From: a virus
Length of the DNA stretch: 41,630 nt
IMG/VR virus record: IMGVR_UViG_3300015265_000006
Location: 1-41,630 of that record
Reading direction: 5' to 3' (one strand)
Shown: in pieces, positions 24,566 to 33,417 of the stretch
Position numbering within the stretch: position 1 is the first letter of the stretch
How the letters are laid out: each line of letters opens with the position of its first letter
Translations under genes and position numbers: made by a program
The notes under the pieces: model-generated
What the model saw: only the letters and a program-made list of their open reading frames with translations
Told to the model about the DNA's origin: nothing
Database searches by the model: none

Positions 24566-24856
24566 TCAAAGCCGCAAGCTCTCTTTTGCGCGCTCCATGA
24601 GCGTTTGCTGGTAGATCCGGTTCGACTCCGCCAGCTCGCCCGACTCCAGACTGGTCGTCAGCGCTGCCTTCAACCTGTCCAGAAGCTTGAGCGTCAGGAA
24701 GATCTTTTCCCTTCCCTCCACGTCCCTTGCCGGTGAGGTTTGCCATGCGTTGGTCAACTCCTGCTTGATGCCTTCAAAGGCCCAGTTGAACGCCTCGTTT
24801 TCGAGGCACTCCCGAGCGCGATTGCCGTCATAGATCTGTTCTTCAAGCGTCGCCAT
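24566..24856 (-). CDS. Hypothetical head-module protein
   Basis: ORF 24566..24877. ATG 24856 lies 7 nt after AGGAG and overlaps the portal 3' end by 14 nt. Confidence 0.5.
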   Translation of the reverse strand: MATLEEQIYDGNRARECLENEAFNWAFEGIKQELTNAWQTSPARDVEGREKIFLTLKLLDRLKAALTTSLESGELAESNRIYQQTLMERAKESLRL

Positions 24857-27119
24857 TCGCTGGCTCCTGCTGTTCAAAATCCTGCGATGCCTTCATCTGC
24901 GCCGAGCTGAGCGTGGCCTGCTGTGCGATCTGCGCGACGGCGATCTTGGTTTCTGCGTCGAGTTCCGCCTTCCAGCGGTCGAACTCCAACTGCATCGCGA
25001 GCTGCTGGGTCTTCTGCTCGTCCTTCATCGCGTCGAGCTTGGCCTGTTGCTGGCTCTGCAGGGTCTTCTGGTCGGCCTCAACCTGCTGGCGGTTCGCGTC
25101 GACCTGCGCCTGCATGTTCATCTTGGCCGTTTCGAGCTGAAGCTCATGGTTGCGCTTAGCCTCGTCGAGCTGGGCGTTGTGCTGCAGCTCCATCTGCTTG
25201 AGCTGCATGCTGGCTTGAATCTTGGCCTGCTCGCCCTGCATTTGAGCATGAGCCTTCATTTGCTCAGGGTCAGGCTTGTCTTGCGGTGGCTGCTTGGCCG
25301 GGTCAGTGAAGAACTTGTCAGGACTCTTGAAGCCAAGTTGCTTGGCCAGCTCAGTCGCGGCGTTGAAGATGTTGTCAGGGGTAGCAATGCCGATCTGCAT
25401 GCCCTGTGCCTGGATGGCGCCTAGCATCTGCAGGTGCTGGATCTTCTGATCTTTGTTGCCAGTGCCAATGCCGACGTTGATGCACACGTCAAACTGGTTG
25501 CTCCACTCGCGCGGGTCGATTGGCACCCAGCCGCCGGTCAGCTTCACGATCTGCTCTTTCTGCTGGTACTGGCAGACCAGCTTGAGGATCAGCTTGAACA
25601 GGTCGACGTAGCCCTCGGAGAAGTTACGGGCGATCAGGTCGAGGCGCATGTCGGCGCGGTTGGTGATGACGTTCACGCCGGTCGCGGTGTCGTTCAGCGA
25701 ACCACTGTCATTGCCTTGGCTATAGCGCGTCCAGCCGGTCTTGTTCTCCAAGTCCTGCTGCATGTACTCCATCATCTGCATGGAGTTGCCAATGTCTGGT
25801 GCGCCCTGATCGAGACGGCCTACAGCGCCTTGGCGCTTGATCCGCACGACACCACCCGGGCGCGAGGTCAGCAGGTCGTCAAGGTTCACCTGCCCTTCTT
25901 CGGCAAAGTACCGGCCATTGACGGCCAGATACATGTTGTCGAGCTGGGCACGCAGAATGCTGGTCTTGGTCTTCTGGCTTTCCATGGCCAAGTCAGCGAT
26001 GGACAGGCCGAAGAACTGGTGCGGAAGCGGGACTGGCGTGATCGACACGAACGGAATGCAATCGACCGGTTCGTTGTCCAGCAGCGTGTTGCCGGCCATG
26101 GTGACCTTGCGCAGCTCGGCAATGCCATCGCCGTCATAGTCGCAGCGCATGTAGGCCTCAAGCACCCACACGTTGTTCTGGCTTTCTTCGTTCGACGCAT
26201 CGTTGTCGATGTAGGCGTTCCAGCTCACTCGCTGAATACGCTCCGAGTTCATGGCCTGACCCGAATCTTCAGAGCCAAGATCATCCACGTTCTTGTAGCC
26301 CATGGACTTCAGCTCAGACTTGGTGCGCTGTACCCTGTGGGCTACGAACTTGGCCGTCTCGATGTCCTTGGCGTTGCGGGCGATCAGGAACTCTTCTGGC
26401 GGGACGTTATCGATGCAGATCTTGCCGGCCTTGTTGGTTCGCTTGCAGACCACGTCGTACACCATCACCGGTGGCTTAGACTCGATCTGCTGGATTTGCT
26501 GCATCACCTGAGGCGCGGACTGCGGCTGAGCCTGTGCCTGCTGCATCAACTGCATGATGGCCTGCTGGCGTTGCTCCTGATCGTCCTCGTCGACGCGGAT
26601 GTTCTGCTCGACGACCTCCACCTCGTCATCTTCCAGCAGCTGGGTCAACTCCACCTCGGAAAGCCCGCGATATTCTTCTCGGGTTTCCTCATGGCGGGTG
26701 TCCCACCAGACCTTGATGATGCCGTTCTTCTGCAGCAGCGCGTCCTTCATCCATGTGTAAGCGATGCGGTGACCGTTGTTCTTCTTGTAGAACAGGTAGT
26801 TGACGTATTCAGTGGCCTGCTCGGCCTTCTGCTCATCGCCGGGCTTGGTCGCTTCGAACTCGGCCACAGTGTCGGAGCCGACGAAAGTCACCATGAGCTG
26901 GGGCAGCATTGATTCGATAGTGTCCCGCACGTCAGTCGAGACAACCGACGAGCGCCCATCCACCTCTGGCGGCGACAAGTCACCAACCGGCATGCCGAGG
27001 TAGTAGTACATCGACTTCTGACGCTGCATGCTCAGCTTGGACGATGAATACCCAAGCGACTGGCGCATCTCGGCCCCGACCAGGGCTTTGAGTTCGTCCT
27101 CGGTCAGACCCTTTGTCAT
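24843..27119 (-). CDS. Portal protein
   Basis: ORF track, 758 aa. Lies immediately downstream of TerL. Long Gln-rich coiled-coil C-terminal barrel-like tail. Confidence 0.85.
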   Translation of the reverse strand: MTKGLTEDELKALVGAEMRQSLGYSSSKLSMQRQKSMYYYLGMPVGDLSPPEVDGRSSVVSTDVRDTIESMLPQLMVTFVGSDTVAEFEATKPGDEQKAEQATEYVNYLFYKKNNGHRIAYTWMKDALLQKNGIIKVWWDTRHEETREEYRGLSEVELTQLLEDDEVEVVEQNIRVDEDDQEQRQQAIMQLMQQAQAQPQSAPQVMQQIQQIESKPPVMVYDVVCKRTNKAGKICIDNVPPEEFLIARNAKDIETAKFVAHRVQRTKSELKSMGYKNVDDLGSEDSGQAMNSERIQRVSWNAYIDNDASNEESQNNVWVLEAYMRCDYDGDGIAELRKVTMAGNTLLDNEPVDCIPFVSITPVPLPHQFFGLSIADLAMESQKTKTSILRAQLDNMYLAVNGRYFAEEGQVNLDDLLTSRPGGVVRIKRQGAVGRLDQGAPDIGNSMQMMEYMQQDLENKTGWTRYSQGNDSGSLNDTATGVNVITNRADMRLDLIARNFSEGYVDLFKLILKLVCQYQQKEQIVKLTGGWVPIDPREWSNQFDVCINVGIGTGNKDQKIQHLQMLGAIQAQGMQIGIATPDNIFNAATELAKQLGFKSPDKFFTDPAKQPPQDKPDPEQMKAHAQMQGEQAKIQASMQLKQMELQHNAQLDEAKRNHELQLETAKMNMQAQVDANRQQVEADQKTLQSQQQAKLDAMKDEQKTQQLAMQLEFDRWKAELDAETKIAVAQIAQQATLSSAQMKASQDFEQQEPANGDA

Positions 27120-27128
27120 TTCGTGCCC

Positions 27129-28388
27129 TTATGCGTTGTTGAGCTTGCGATAGTTGAGCTGGCCGCCCCACTCGTCGTTGCTGAGCTGGTCAGCCACAAG
27201 TGCGAGGTAGCGCATAACGTCCGCACCGTGGCTGTACTCGTCATGCAGCGGCGCGCCCGGTTCGTTGGTCTGTTGGTTGATCTGCCGGCGGTAGCGCTTC
27301 AAGCACTCCACGAGGCGAGCCGTGCGGTCACGGTTGAAGTAGGTGCGAGGGAAGACCTCGCGAACCCGGTTGATGCCCTGCTCAACGTGCATGTTCGGCA
27401 CAGGCATCACAGTCCATCCAAGCTGGCCCATGACCTCGGCGTCTGACTTGCCGCTCTGGTGGCGCTTGTGATAGCCGTCGTGTGGCAGATAGACGTTGCC
27501 CCAGTTCATTGGCTGATCATCCAACTTAAGCTCTTTCAGCTCAGCGCTGTACTCAGCCAGCGTGCGCTGATGACCTTCGATGTAGTGAACGATGCGGATC
27601 TCGCCGGCCATCTTCTGGGCCAGTATGATCGTCATCGCATCGTTCCAACCAAGGTCAAAGATGACGTGTGTCTTCAGCAGCCCATCGTGCGGCACGTTGG
27701 CGATGCGCGACTCGGTCTGGCTCATCTGTTCAAAGTAGATGGCGCCTTCAACTGCCGGCATGCACTTACCTTCCCAGATGTGAGCGTATTGTTCTGGCTT
27801 CATGGTCGCCTGAGCGTGCAAGCGCTCCTGCTCCAGCACTGCGGGGAACCATGGGTTGTCATTGTAGTTCATCAGCACTGACACACAGTCAGGCGCAGGC
27901 TTGGTCACGAAGCGCTCGTGCGTCTCGTCAGACTCAAGCTGAGGGTTGTACGTGACCCAGATCTCAGAGCCCGGCTTGCGAATGGTCGGGAGCAACACGT
28001 CCCAACTCTTCTTCACTACCGCGTGCGCTTCCTCGATCCAGACAATGTCGACGCCCTCGTAGGACTTGATCGAATCGACTGTATGTTGCTGTAGGCCGGC
28101 GAAACTGAACTCAGTCCCGTTCTTGCCCTTGATGTAGGCCTGCTGAACCTCGTAGAAGCCACCCAGCTTTAGGCTGGCGATCTGATCGGCCAGAAGCTTG
28201 TGTACCGAGTCAGCAATGCTCTTCTGGATCTCACGAGTGCACAGGATGCGCATCGGCTTCTGTGCGCCCTGGATCAGCAGCGATCTGGCAAAGCTCCATG
28301 ACTTCCCGCTGCCTCGCCCGCCGTACGCCACCTTGTACCGGTGCGGCTCGAACAGGAACGCGAGCTTGTCGGGGAACTCAATTGCCAT
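27129..28388 (-). CDS. terL: Terminase large subunit (PBSX/Terminase_3-like)
   Basis: ORF track, 419 aa. Walker A YGGRGSGKS and TREIQKSI, with a downstream nuclease-half pattern. Confidence 0.9.
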   Translation of the reverse strand: MAIEFPDKLAFLFEPHRYKVAYGGRGSGKSWSFARSLLIQGAQKPMRILCTREIQKSIADSVHKLLADQIASLKLGGFYEVQQAYIKGKNGTEFSFAGLQQHTVDSIKSYEGVDIVWIEEAHAVVKKSWDVLLPTIRKPGSEIWVTYNPQLESDETHERFVTKPAPDCVSVLMNYNDNPWFPAVLEQERLHAQATMKPEQYAHIWEGKCMPAVEGAIYFEQMSQTESRIANVPHDGLLKTHVIFDLGWNDAMTIILAQKMAGEIRIVHYIEGHQRTLAEYSAELKELKLDDQPMNWGNVYLPHDGYHKRHQSGKSDAEVMGQLGWTVMPVPNMHVEQGINRVREVFPRTYFNRDRTARLVECLKRYRRQINQQTNEPGAPLHDEYSHGADVMRYLALVADQLSNDEWGGQLNYRKLNNA

Positions 28389-28902
28389 TGGATGGCTTGA
28401 CGAACTGGATTGTCAGGCTTGCGTCGGCTGATTCGCCACCTTCAGGCTCAGCATCAATGTTGTAGGCCTGACGCTGCGCCTTGATCACCTTCAGCTGTGC
28501 ATCAACACCAGCGTTCAACGAGCGGGCAAAGTCACCGTGCGTCTTCTCATCGATGTCGGCCTCAGCCAAGAACACGCTGAGCTTGGTTGCAATGACCTGC
28601 CACAGCGCCAAACTGCCTCGGTGAGCGAGGATCAGTGACGCTGCCTTGTCCGACGCCTCAGCAACAATCGAGGCCTCAGTAACCAATGAGTCCTCAGTGG
28701 TGCCGATGGTTACCGATTTGGTTACCTTGCGCTGAGTCGCCGCTCTGACCTGCTCAGTCAGGTCTCGCTCCCACCCGTGCTTCTTGGCCCGCTTCAGGAT
28801 CGTGGCGTGGTTTGCAGCATGCAACTCACCAATGGCTCGGATCGAAAGAGAACCAGCCCGGTAGGCGCGTTCAATCGCCTCCCAATCAGGCTTGGCTGTC
28901 AT
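28378..28902 (-). CDS. terS: Terminase small subunit
   Basis: ORF track, 174 aa. N-terminal HTH-like SIRAIGELHAANHATILKRAKKHGW. Overlaps the terL start. Confidence 0.7.
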   Translation of the reverse strand: MTAKPDWEAIERAYRAGSLSIRAIGELHAANHATILKRAKKHGWERDLTEQVRAATQRKVTKSVTIGTTEDSLVTEASIVAEASDKAASLILAHRGSLALWQVIATKLSVFLAEADIDEKTHGDFARSLNAGVDAQLKVIKAQRQAYNIDAEPEGGESADASLTIQFVKPSNGN

Positions 28903-28917
28903 GTTGTATTCCTTCTG

Positions 28918-29103
28918 TTACTCGGAGCCGATCAGCTTTTGCTCATCGATCACTTCAAACTCACCTTCTACGAACTGCTGCTTGCAGAATTCTGGAGGTT
29001 CTTGACCAAAAGCGCGGTACTGCGCGGCTAGCTGTGAATTGGCGCAGTCCTGCATGTGTTCTTGCTGGTCCTTGTAAACCTTGTGAGATATCGATCCCAT
29101 CAC
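28918..29103 (-). CDS. Hypothetical protein
   Basis: ORF track, 61 aa. ATGA coupling with the upstream ORF. Confidence 0.45.
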   Translation of the reverse strand: MMGSISHKVYKDQQEHMQDCANSQLAAQYRAFGQEPPEFCKQQFVEGEFEVIDEQKLIGSE

Positions 29104-29258
29104 TCAACCTCTTTGTAACGCGTGACTTGCTTGGCCTGAGCGCGGATGACGTCTTTGTCGACCTCAAGCCCAGTCATGTAGGCGAATGCGTAGACAGCGT
29201 GAACGTAGGCGCGGAACCACCATGGAAGGTAGGCGCGGACGTTTATCTGGCGAGGCAT
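29100..29258 (-). CDS. Small hypothetical membrane-associated protein
   Basis: In-frame ATG 29258 within ORF 29100..29309, 1 nt after the upstream stop at 29260-29262. Confidence 0.4.
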   Translation of the reverse strand: MPRQINVRAYLPWWFRAYVHAVYAFAYMTGLEVDKDVIRAQAKQVTRYKEVE

Positions 29259-29259
29259 G

Positions 29260-29463
29260 TCACGCGGCCGGCTCTTGCTTGATGATGCGGCCAAGGATGA
29301 CTGCAGCACCGAGGAATGCGTTCACAGTGGAGAACACGCCGGGCGATACGACGCCTTGCAGAGCTGGCCAGTAGGTGGCGGCAGCGTTCAATGCAACGAG
29401 GACTGCAGCGATCTGAACGCTGTACAGCTTCCAGAGCTGAGACCATTGTGGGATGAGGTTCAT
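29260..29463 (-). CDS. Holin-like protein, two TM segments
   Basis: ORF track, 67 aa. TM segments VQIAAVLVALNAAATYW and VFSTVNAFLGAAVILGRII. GGAG lies 6 nt upstream. Confidence 0.6.
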   Translation of the reverse strand: MNLIPQWSQLWKLYSVQIAAVLVALNAAATYWPALQGVVSPGVFSTVNAFLGAAVILGRIIKQEPAA

Positions 29464-29476
29464 GGCGAACTCCGAA

Positions 29477-29890
29477 TTACTGAGGATTGATCGAGCCGGT
29501 GACGGTCTTCTTCAGCTCCGTAAGATCCGTGGCGAGTTCAGCCAGATCCTTGTCCTTGCGATTCTCGGCCCACTTGAACCAGGCGCGAACCAATACCCAT
29601 GCTGGAAGGCCGCAGACGAAGATGATGCCGCCTATAGCGATCAGACCGATATCGTCATGCGCCCAACCTCCAAGATCGAACCAGCGCACCACGAAGGCGC
29701 CTCCGCAGATGCTGGAGACGGTTGTACTGATCATCGCGACAACGAACTCGCGAACAGTCTTGGGCAGCGTCATCGCCATCACGACAATGGCAGCCAGCAC
29801 AGCGACGAACCCAAAGGCGCCGAGCTTGTAAAGCGCGATGCCACCCAAAGCGGTAAACGGGCCGGGTTCTGACATGGCTTGCGATCTCAT
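29477..29890 (-). CDS. Holin-like protein, three TM segments with charged C-terminus
   Basis: ORF track, 137 aa. Three hydrophobic segments then KWAENRKDKDLAELATDLTELKK. It is the first gene after the late terminators. Confidence 0.6.
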   Translation of the reverse strand: MRSQAMSEPGPFTALGGIALYKLGAFGFVAVLAAIVVMAMTLPKTVREFVVAMISTTVSSICGGAFVVRWFDLGGWAHDDIGLIAIGGIIFVCGLPAWVLVRAWFKWAENRKDKDLAELATDLTELKKTVTGSINPQ

Positions 29891-29920
29891 AGGCGCCTCG
29901 TTGGTCTCGGCGTTGGGGGA

Positions 29921-29944
29921 TAAAAAAGGCGCCGGGTGGGCGCC
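29921..29944 (-). terminator. Intrinsic terminator 2 of the late leader
   Basis: Minus strand reads GGCGCC-CACCC-GGCGCC then TTTTTTA, about 30 nt upstream of the holin start. Confidence 0.75.
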
Positions 29945-29982
29945 AAAGTCCGCTGGGGAGCGGAGTGCGGGAAATAAATCAG

Positions 29983-30147
29983 CTAGTGAACGGTGTTGGT
30001 GTCTCGGATGCTTTGGGCGAGCAGGTCAGTCGCGGCCTTGGCGAATGTATCAGCGAGCTTCGTCATGCCGCTCTCCTTGCACTGCGATGCCGTAGCCGCG
30101 AGACACTGGGCAATCTCGATGAGCTTGGCGTCGACGGTTACTGTCAT
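29983..30147 (-). CDS. Small helical hypothetical protein (54 aa) between the two late terminators
   Basis: ATG 30147 follows GAGGTAGG. Translation MTVTVDAKLIEIAQCLAATASQCKESGMTKLADTFAKAATDLLAQSIRDTNTVH, stop TAG at 29983-29985. Below the ORF-track cutoff. Confidence 0.4.
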   Translation of the reverse strand: MTVTVDAKLIEIAQCLAATASQCKESGMTKLADTFAKAATDLLAQSIRDTNTVH

Positions 30148-30170
30148 GGCCTACCTCGTGGATTGCGGGC

Positions 30171-30200
30171 ATAAAAAAGCCCCGCACTGTGGCGAGGCTT
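30171..30200 (-). terminator. Intrinsic terminator 1 of the late leader (tR'-like)
   Basis: Minus strand reads AAGCCTCGC-CACAGT-GCGGGGCTT, a 9-bp stem with one G-U pair, followed by TTTTTTAT. Confidence 0.8.
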
Positions 30201-30383
30201 GGAATTGGTTGCACGCACCTTGTACTCGCTAGCGGCGTGCCGGCGCTGTTTGGTGCAGATGGCCGGCGCTGATCTCCGGCTTCACGGGTTTTTCACCGCA
30301 CGTACGAGTCACAATGACCGCGTACTCGCGCATCAGCCTGCGCATTCATCTGCTTTCGAAGCGGTAAAACCGCATCTTTGGGC

Positions 30384-30412
30384 AATATGCCATTCGGAAG
30401 TTAACACGTCAA
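30384..30412 (-). promoter_or_regulatory. Late promoter candidate (pR'-like)
   Basis: Minus strand: TTGACG (30412-30407), 17-nt spacer, CATATT (30389-30384). Lies just downstream of the Q operon, about 200 nt before terminator 1. Confidence 0.6.
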
Positions 30413-30422
30413 GTGGATTGAC

Positions 30423-30773
30423 CTATTTATGCACATATTGTGATGCGTACAGATCGCGCTGTTTCTTCTTCTCATGGTCTGCGACAGCAAGCACGATGGC
30501 GCGCCTCATAGACTGGGCGCGATCGCGCCCAGTCACTGCCTCTCTCCACCCATAGTTTGTTACAGCTATGCACGTATAGTCTGCGCTGGCGTCTGCCTGG
30601 ATATGCAACGCCAAAGCAAGGCGGAACGCATCGCCGTCGTCCTCTAGCGGGTTCCAGTAGTAAGGGGCATTGTGCGGAGCGGATACCTCAAGCCCGCACT
30701 GGAAATCGTAGTGACCGGTAGCCCTCAGGCCGGCAGCATTCGCGGCCATTTCCAGCAATTCACGATCAGTCAT
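30423..30773 (-). CDS. Conserved prophage protein (WNPLEDDGDAFRLA motif)
   Basis: ORF track, 116 aa. ATGA overlap with the Q stop. Confidence 0.6.
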   Translation of the reverse strand: MTDRELLEMAANAAGLRATGHYDFQCGLEVSAPHNAPYYWNPLEDDGDAFRLALALHIQADASADYTCIAVTNYGWREAVTGRDRAQSMRRAIVLAVADHEKKKQRDLYASQYVHK

Positions 30774-31129
30774 GCCGCCACCCTCATTTCAAGACAAGCC
30801 TCAATGTACGCGTGCCCGGCGATGATGTACTCGCGCACCTTTAGCCGAGATTCACCTACTTCCTTGCCTACGTCCGCCATGGTTTTGTCCAGACCGCGAT
30901 AGTACACCCGAACGCACTCGGCCATCTTGGCATGCTTGCGGGCCATGCGGGCGACGAAGTGGTCAACCATCATAGCTTCCTCGTCCGTGATGTCTGCAGT
31001 AGGGAAACTGTCGAACTGCTCCACGTTGTCGCGCATCAGGACGTAGGAAGGTGACGTGCAGCGCGGGATGCCGACCTGTTGGCGGCTCCAGCGGCCCCAG
31101 TGGGTAAGAAGGTCTTCGGCGTCTCTCAT
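30770..31129 (-). CDS. Q: Q-type late antiterminator
   Basis: ORF 30770..31216. ATG 31129 is ATGA-coupled to the upstream ORF. THWGRWSRQQ...YYRGLDKTMADVGKEVGESRLKVREYI fits Phage_antitermQ as I recall it. Its position before the late promoter agrees. Confidence 0.7.
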   Translation of the reverse strand: MRDAEDLLTHWGRWSRQQVGIPRCTSPSYVLMRDNVEQFDSFPTADITDEEAMMVDHFVARMARKHAKMAECVRVYYRGLDKTMADVGKEVGESRLKVREYIIAGHAYIEACLEMRVAA

Positions 31130-31311
31130 TCCGAATCCTTCTTTTCGAAGAAGCCACTCCCAGAAACCTTGCCGCAACGCTTGCACCAGTCTGCTGGGAT
31201 ATAACGAAGCGCCCAACCTTTCAAAGCGCCAGACATTATTTTGGAACCCATATCGTTGATAACCATAACTTTTTCAACATCATGGCCTTTAAAAAGACAT
31301 TTGATATTCAT
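31126..31311 (-). CDS. Small Cys protein (DUF1660-like)
   Basis: In-frame ATG 31311 within ORF 31126..31518, with ATGA coupling at both ends. Contains MNIKCLFKGHD...CKRCGK. AT-rich. Confidence 0.5.
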   Translation of the reverse strand: MNIKCLFKGHDVEKVMVINDMGSKIMSGALKGWALRYIPADWCKRCGKVSGSGFFEKKDSE

Positions 31312-32447
31312 GCGGCTACCTCTTTCAACATGGACGGGTGAACGGTGTGGCGCGCGACTTCGCCGTGCTCGCGGTGCAGGACGATTGCCTTCATGTTCTG
31401 GCGCGATCTCCAGCCGCCTGCGTGCGCGTAGCTGTCGCCCGGTGCCAGGGTGTTGAAGGACTCGACGGTGCAGCCAGGGTATTCCTTCTTGCTTTCGTGG
31501 TGGATGTGGCCTGTCCACCAGTAGCGATGCTCGGTATCGCCCCAGTCCTTGGCACGGTCGGTCGCCATGACGCCCGGCAGCTTGTCGGCCTTACTGGTGT
31601 GGCCGTGGTGCATGCCGATCAGGTTGTTGCCCCAGCGGTAGTAGCTGAAGACGCTTGGCGAGACTTCGACGGTGACGCGCGGCTCGTTTTTGTAGACATG
31701 GGCAAACAGACGACTCAACCAGACGGCGCCGGTCTCATCGTGGTTCCCGATGACGTTAACCACGTGCACGAACTTGTGCTTCGTTAGTGCCGACTCAATG
31801 CACTGGCGCATGGCGAGTATCAGGATGTCGACCATCTTGGCGTAGCGGCTGTCTGCGTCCAGGTGGTGGCCAGTGCGTGGCGTTACGGCAGCCATGGAAT
31901 CGTAGTGAGCTGCGTCACCGAGATTGACAATGATTGCCGTCTCAGTCGGCGGTGCAGACTCAACCAGCGAAGCCATGGCCGCACAGTGCACGCGCTCGGC
32001 AATGCTGAGGTCCCAGTCTTCTCCACACTCGGCGGCCCAAATGTACTCCCCGAAGTGCGGATCGCCGATTGGGTAGGCAGTCATCAGGTCAGGCAGGTAG
32101 TTGCCAGCGAATGGTCGCGCCGGTACGTGAGGCAAATCCTTTACCGCGGCGTCACATGAGGCCCGAATAAGTGCCTCCAATGCTTCGCTGTCAGTATTTG
32201 TCTTGACCCAAGAAAGCAGCGGCTCGGTTTCTCCGCGGCGCATGAGCTGGGAAGTTCCGCGGATCTTGAGGAATGGCGGCAGCTTTGACTCGATGTGCAT
32301 CTCCGGGATGTGGCCCTTCAATGCAAGCTTTGCCTTGCGGCGCTCGATGCTGCGGCGATCCATATCGAAGTGCTTGGCTGTCTGGCCGACACTCATGGTC
32401 TGGAAGGCTTCGATCAGCTGCTCGTCGGTTACTTTGCGCTCAGCCAT
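31308..32447 (-). CDS. HTH-fused metallophosphoesterase (calcineurin/Mre11-type motifs)
   Basis: ORF track, 379 aa. Motifs GDPHFG, GDAAHYD, GNHD, HHGH and GHIHH. N-terminal HTH-like VGQTAKHFDMDRRSIERRKA. Confidence 0.75.
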   Translation of the reverse strand: MAERKVTDEQLIEAFQTMSVGQTAKHFDMDRRSIERRKAKLALKGHIPEMHIESKLPPFLKIRGTSQLMRRGETEPLLSWVKTNTDSEALEALIRASCDAAVKDLPHVPARPFAGNYLPDLMTAYPIGDPHFGEYIWAAECGEDWDLSIAERVHCAAMASLVESAPPTETAIIVNLGDAAHYDSMAAVTPRTGHHLDADSRYAKMVDILILAMRQCIESALTKHKFVHVVNVIGNHDETGAVWLSRLFAHVYKNEPRVTVEVSPSVFSYYRWGNNLIGMHHGHTSKADKLPGVMATDRAKDWGDTEHRYWWTGHIHHESKKEYPGCTVESFNTLAPGDSYAHAGGWRSRQNMKAIVLHREHGEVARHTVHPSMLKEVAA

Positions 32448-32722
32448 TATTGAGCCTCCGCGAGTGCTTCAGCCTTCAGGGCGGCGTAAGCAACACAGTC
32501 TTCGGCGGAATCAGCGTGGTAGGCCGGGTTCTGCCATTGGCGCACGTCCTTCAGGATCTGAAGCAGAAGCCACCCTTCCGCCTCGGTCAGGGATTGGCCG
32601 GTGATGGTGTTGAACGCGCTCACAGTGGTCGCCATGCTGCGCTCGCCTTCTGGCTTGTCGTACTGCTTGCCGCGTTCCAGCATGAGAGCCTGGGCCTTAC
32701 CGAGAAATTCGTGCGCTTTCAT
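32447..32722 (-). CDS. Conserved nin-region phage protein
   Basis: ORF track, 91 aa. Contains RGKQYDKPEGERS...LKDVRQ...HADSAEDCVAYAAL. Confidence 0.55.
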   Translation of the reverse strand: MKAHEFLGKAQALMLERGKQYDKPEGERSMATTVSAFNTITGQSLTEAEGWLLLQILKDVRQWQNPAYHADSAEDCVAYAALKAEALAEAQ

Positions 32723-32922
32723 GCTGAAACCCTCTGTTTCGATTCAAGATGTGTGACGCATGCGGCCTTGGCGGCCTTTTCGTTCTCGCCGGAGTAGAGA
32801 ATCTTCGAGGCAGGCGCTGGTGTTCTGGCGATGAAGGCGTTGGTCGACTGCATCCGGTACCGGCTGACCAGATAGCCTTCCTCGGACGAGAGGCAGTTGG
32901 TGCTGATGCCTTTCCAGTTCAT
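32719..32922 (-). CDS. Hypothetical protein
   Basis: ORF track, 67 aa. ATGA coupling. Confidence 0.5.
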   Translation of the reverse strand: MNWKGISTNCLSSEEGYLVSRYRMQSTNAFIARTPAPASKILYSGENEKAAKAACVTHLESKQRVSA

Positions 32923-33146
32923 GGCTTCACCTCGTCAGCAGTATTTTCACGCCACTGGTATTGGCAGGTGCGGCAGTGCTTGCGCAGATGATCTTTTGCG
33001 GCTAAATGCTGCCAGTAGAAGTCGTATTCGTTGGATGTCACGAATTCGTCCTCAATCTTGCGTCGACCTGAATGATCAATGAGGTTGCCTTTTGGCGTGA
33101 ATGTCACCCACAGATCAACGCCAGAGCATTTCGGGCACTTGCTCAT
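32919..33146 (-). CDS. Small zinc-ribbon protein
   Basis: In-frame ATG 33146 within ORF 32919..33281. Translation MSKCPKCSG...CRTCQYQW (CxxC...CxxC). Confidence 0.5.
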   Translation of the reverse strand: MSKCPKCSGVDLWVTFTPKGNLIDHSGRRKIEDEFVTSNEYDFYWQHLAAKDHLRKHCRTCQYQWRENTADEVKP

Positions 33147-33246
33147 TTCACACCCCGCGCAATCCGATCTTTCCGCAGAATCCGGCGGCAGCCTTCGAGC
33201 AGACCTCCGGCGAGTAACAACATGAAGAGGAAGTAGAGGTGGAGGA

Positions 33247-33417
33247 TCATGAGTAATCCTCCACTGCGTATGCGCGCTCATAGAAATATGGTTGGCCCTT
33301 TACCCAAAACCAGCCCAGTGAAGGCTGTGATGGCCCGGGGCCGATTAGAAACCATGCCCCTCCGCGAAGCCGCCGATACCATTTAAATTCGCCAAACGCA
33401 TAATCGAGAATCTTCAT
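33247..33417 (-). CDS. Small hypothetical protein (56 aa)
   Basis: ATG 33417 is ATGA-coupled to the ninG stop. Its stop is ATGA-coupled to a 35-aa micro-ORF (33143-33250). Translation MKILDYAFGEFKWYRRLRGGAWFLIGPG... Confidence 0.35.
   Translation of the reverse strand: MKILDYAFGEFKWYRRLRGGAWFLIGPGPSQPSLGWFWVKGQPYFYERAYAVEDYS

Noticed and set aside
25434-26912. 492-aa plus-strand ORF
   Set aside because: It is antisense to the portal gene and shows the same GC3 artefact. Its composition is dominated by L/V/H/D/G runs.
30199-30555. 118-aa plus-strand ORF spanning the late leader
   Set aside because: It overlaps the late promoter and terminator region and the 3' end of the 116-aa minus-strand gene. 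It has no SD and is better explained as regulatory DNA.
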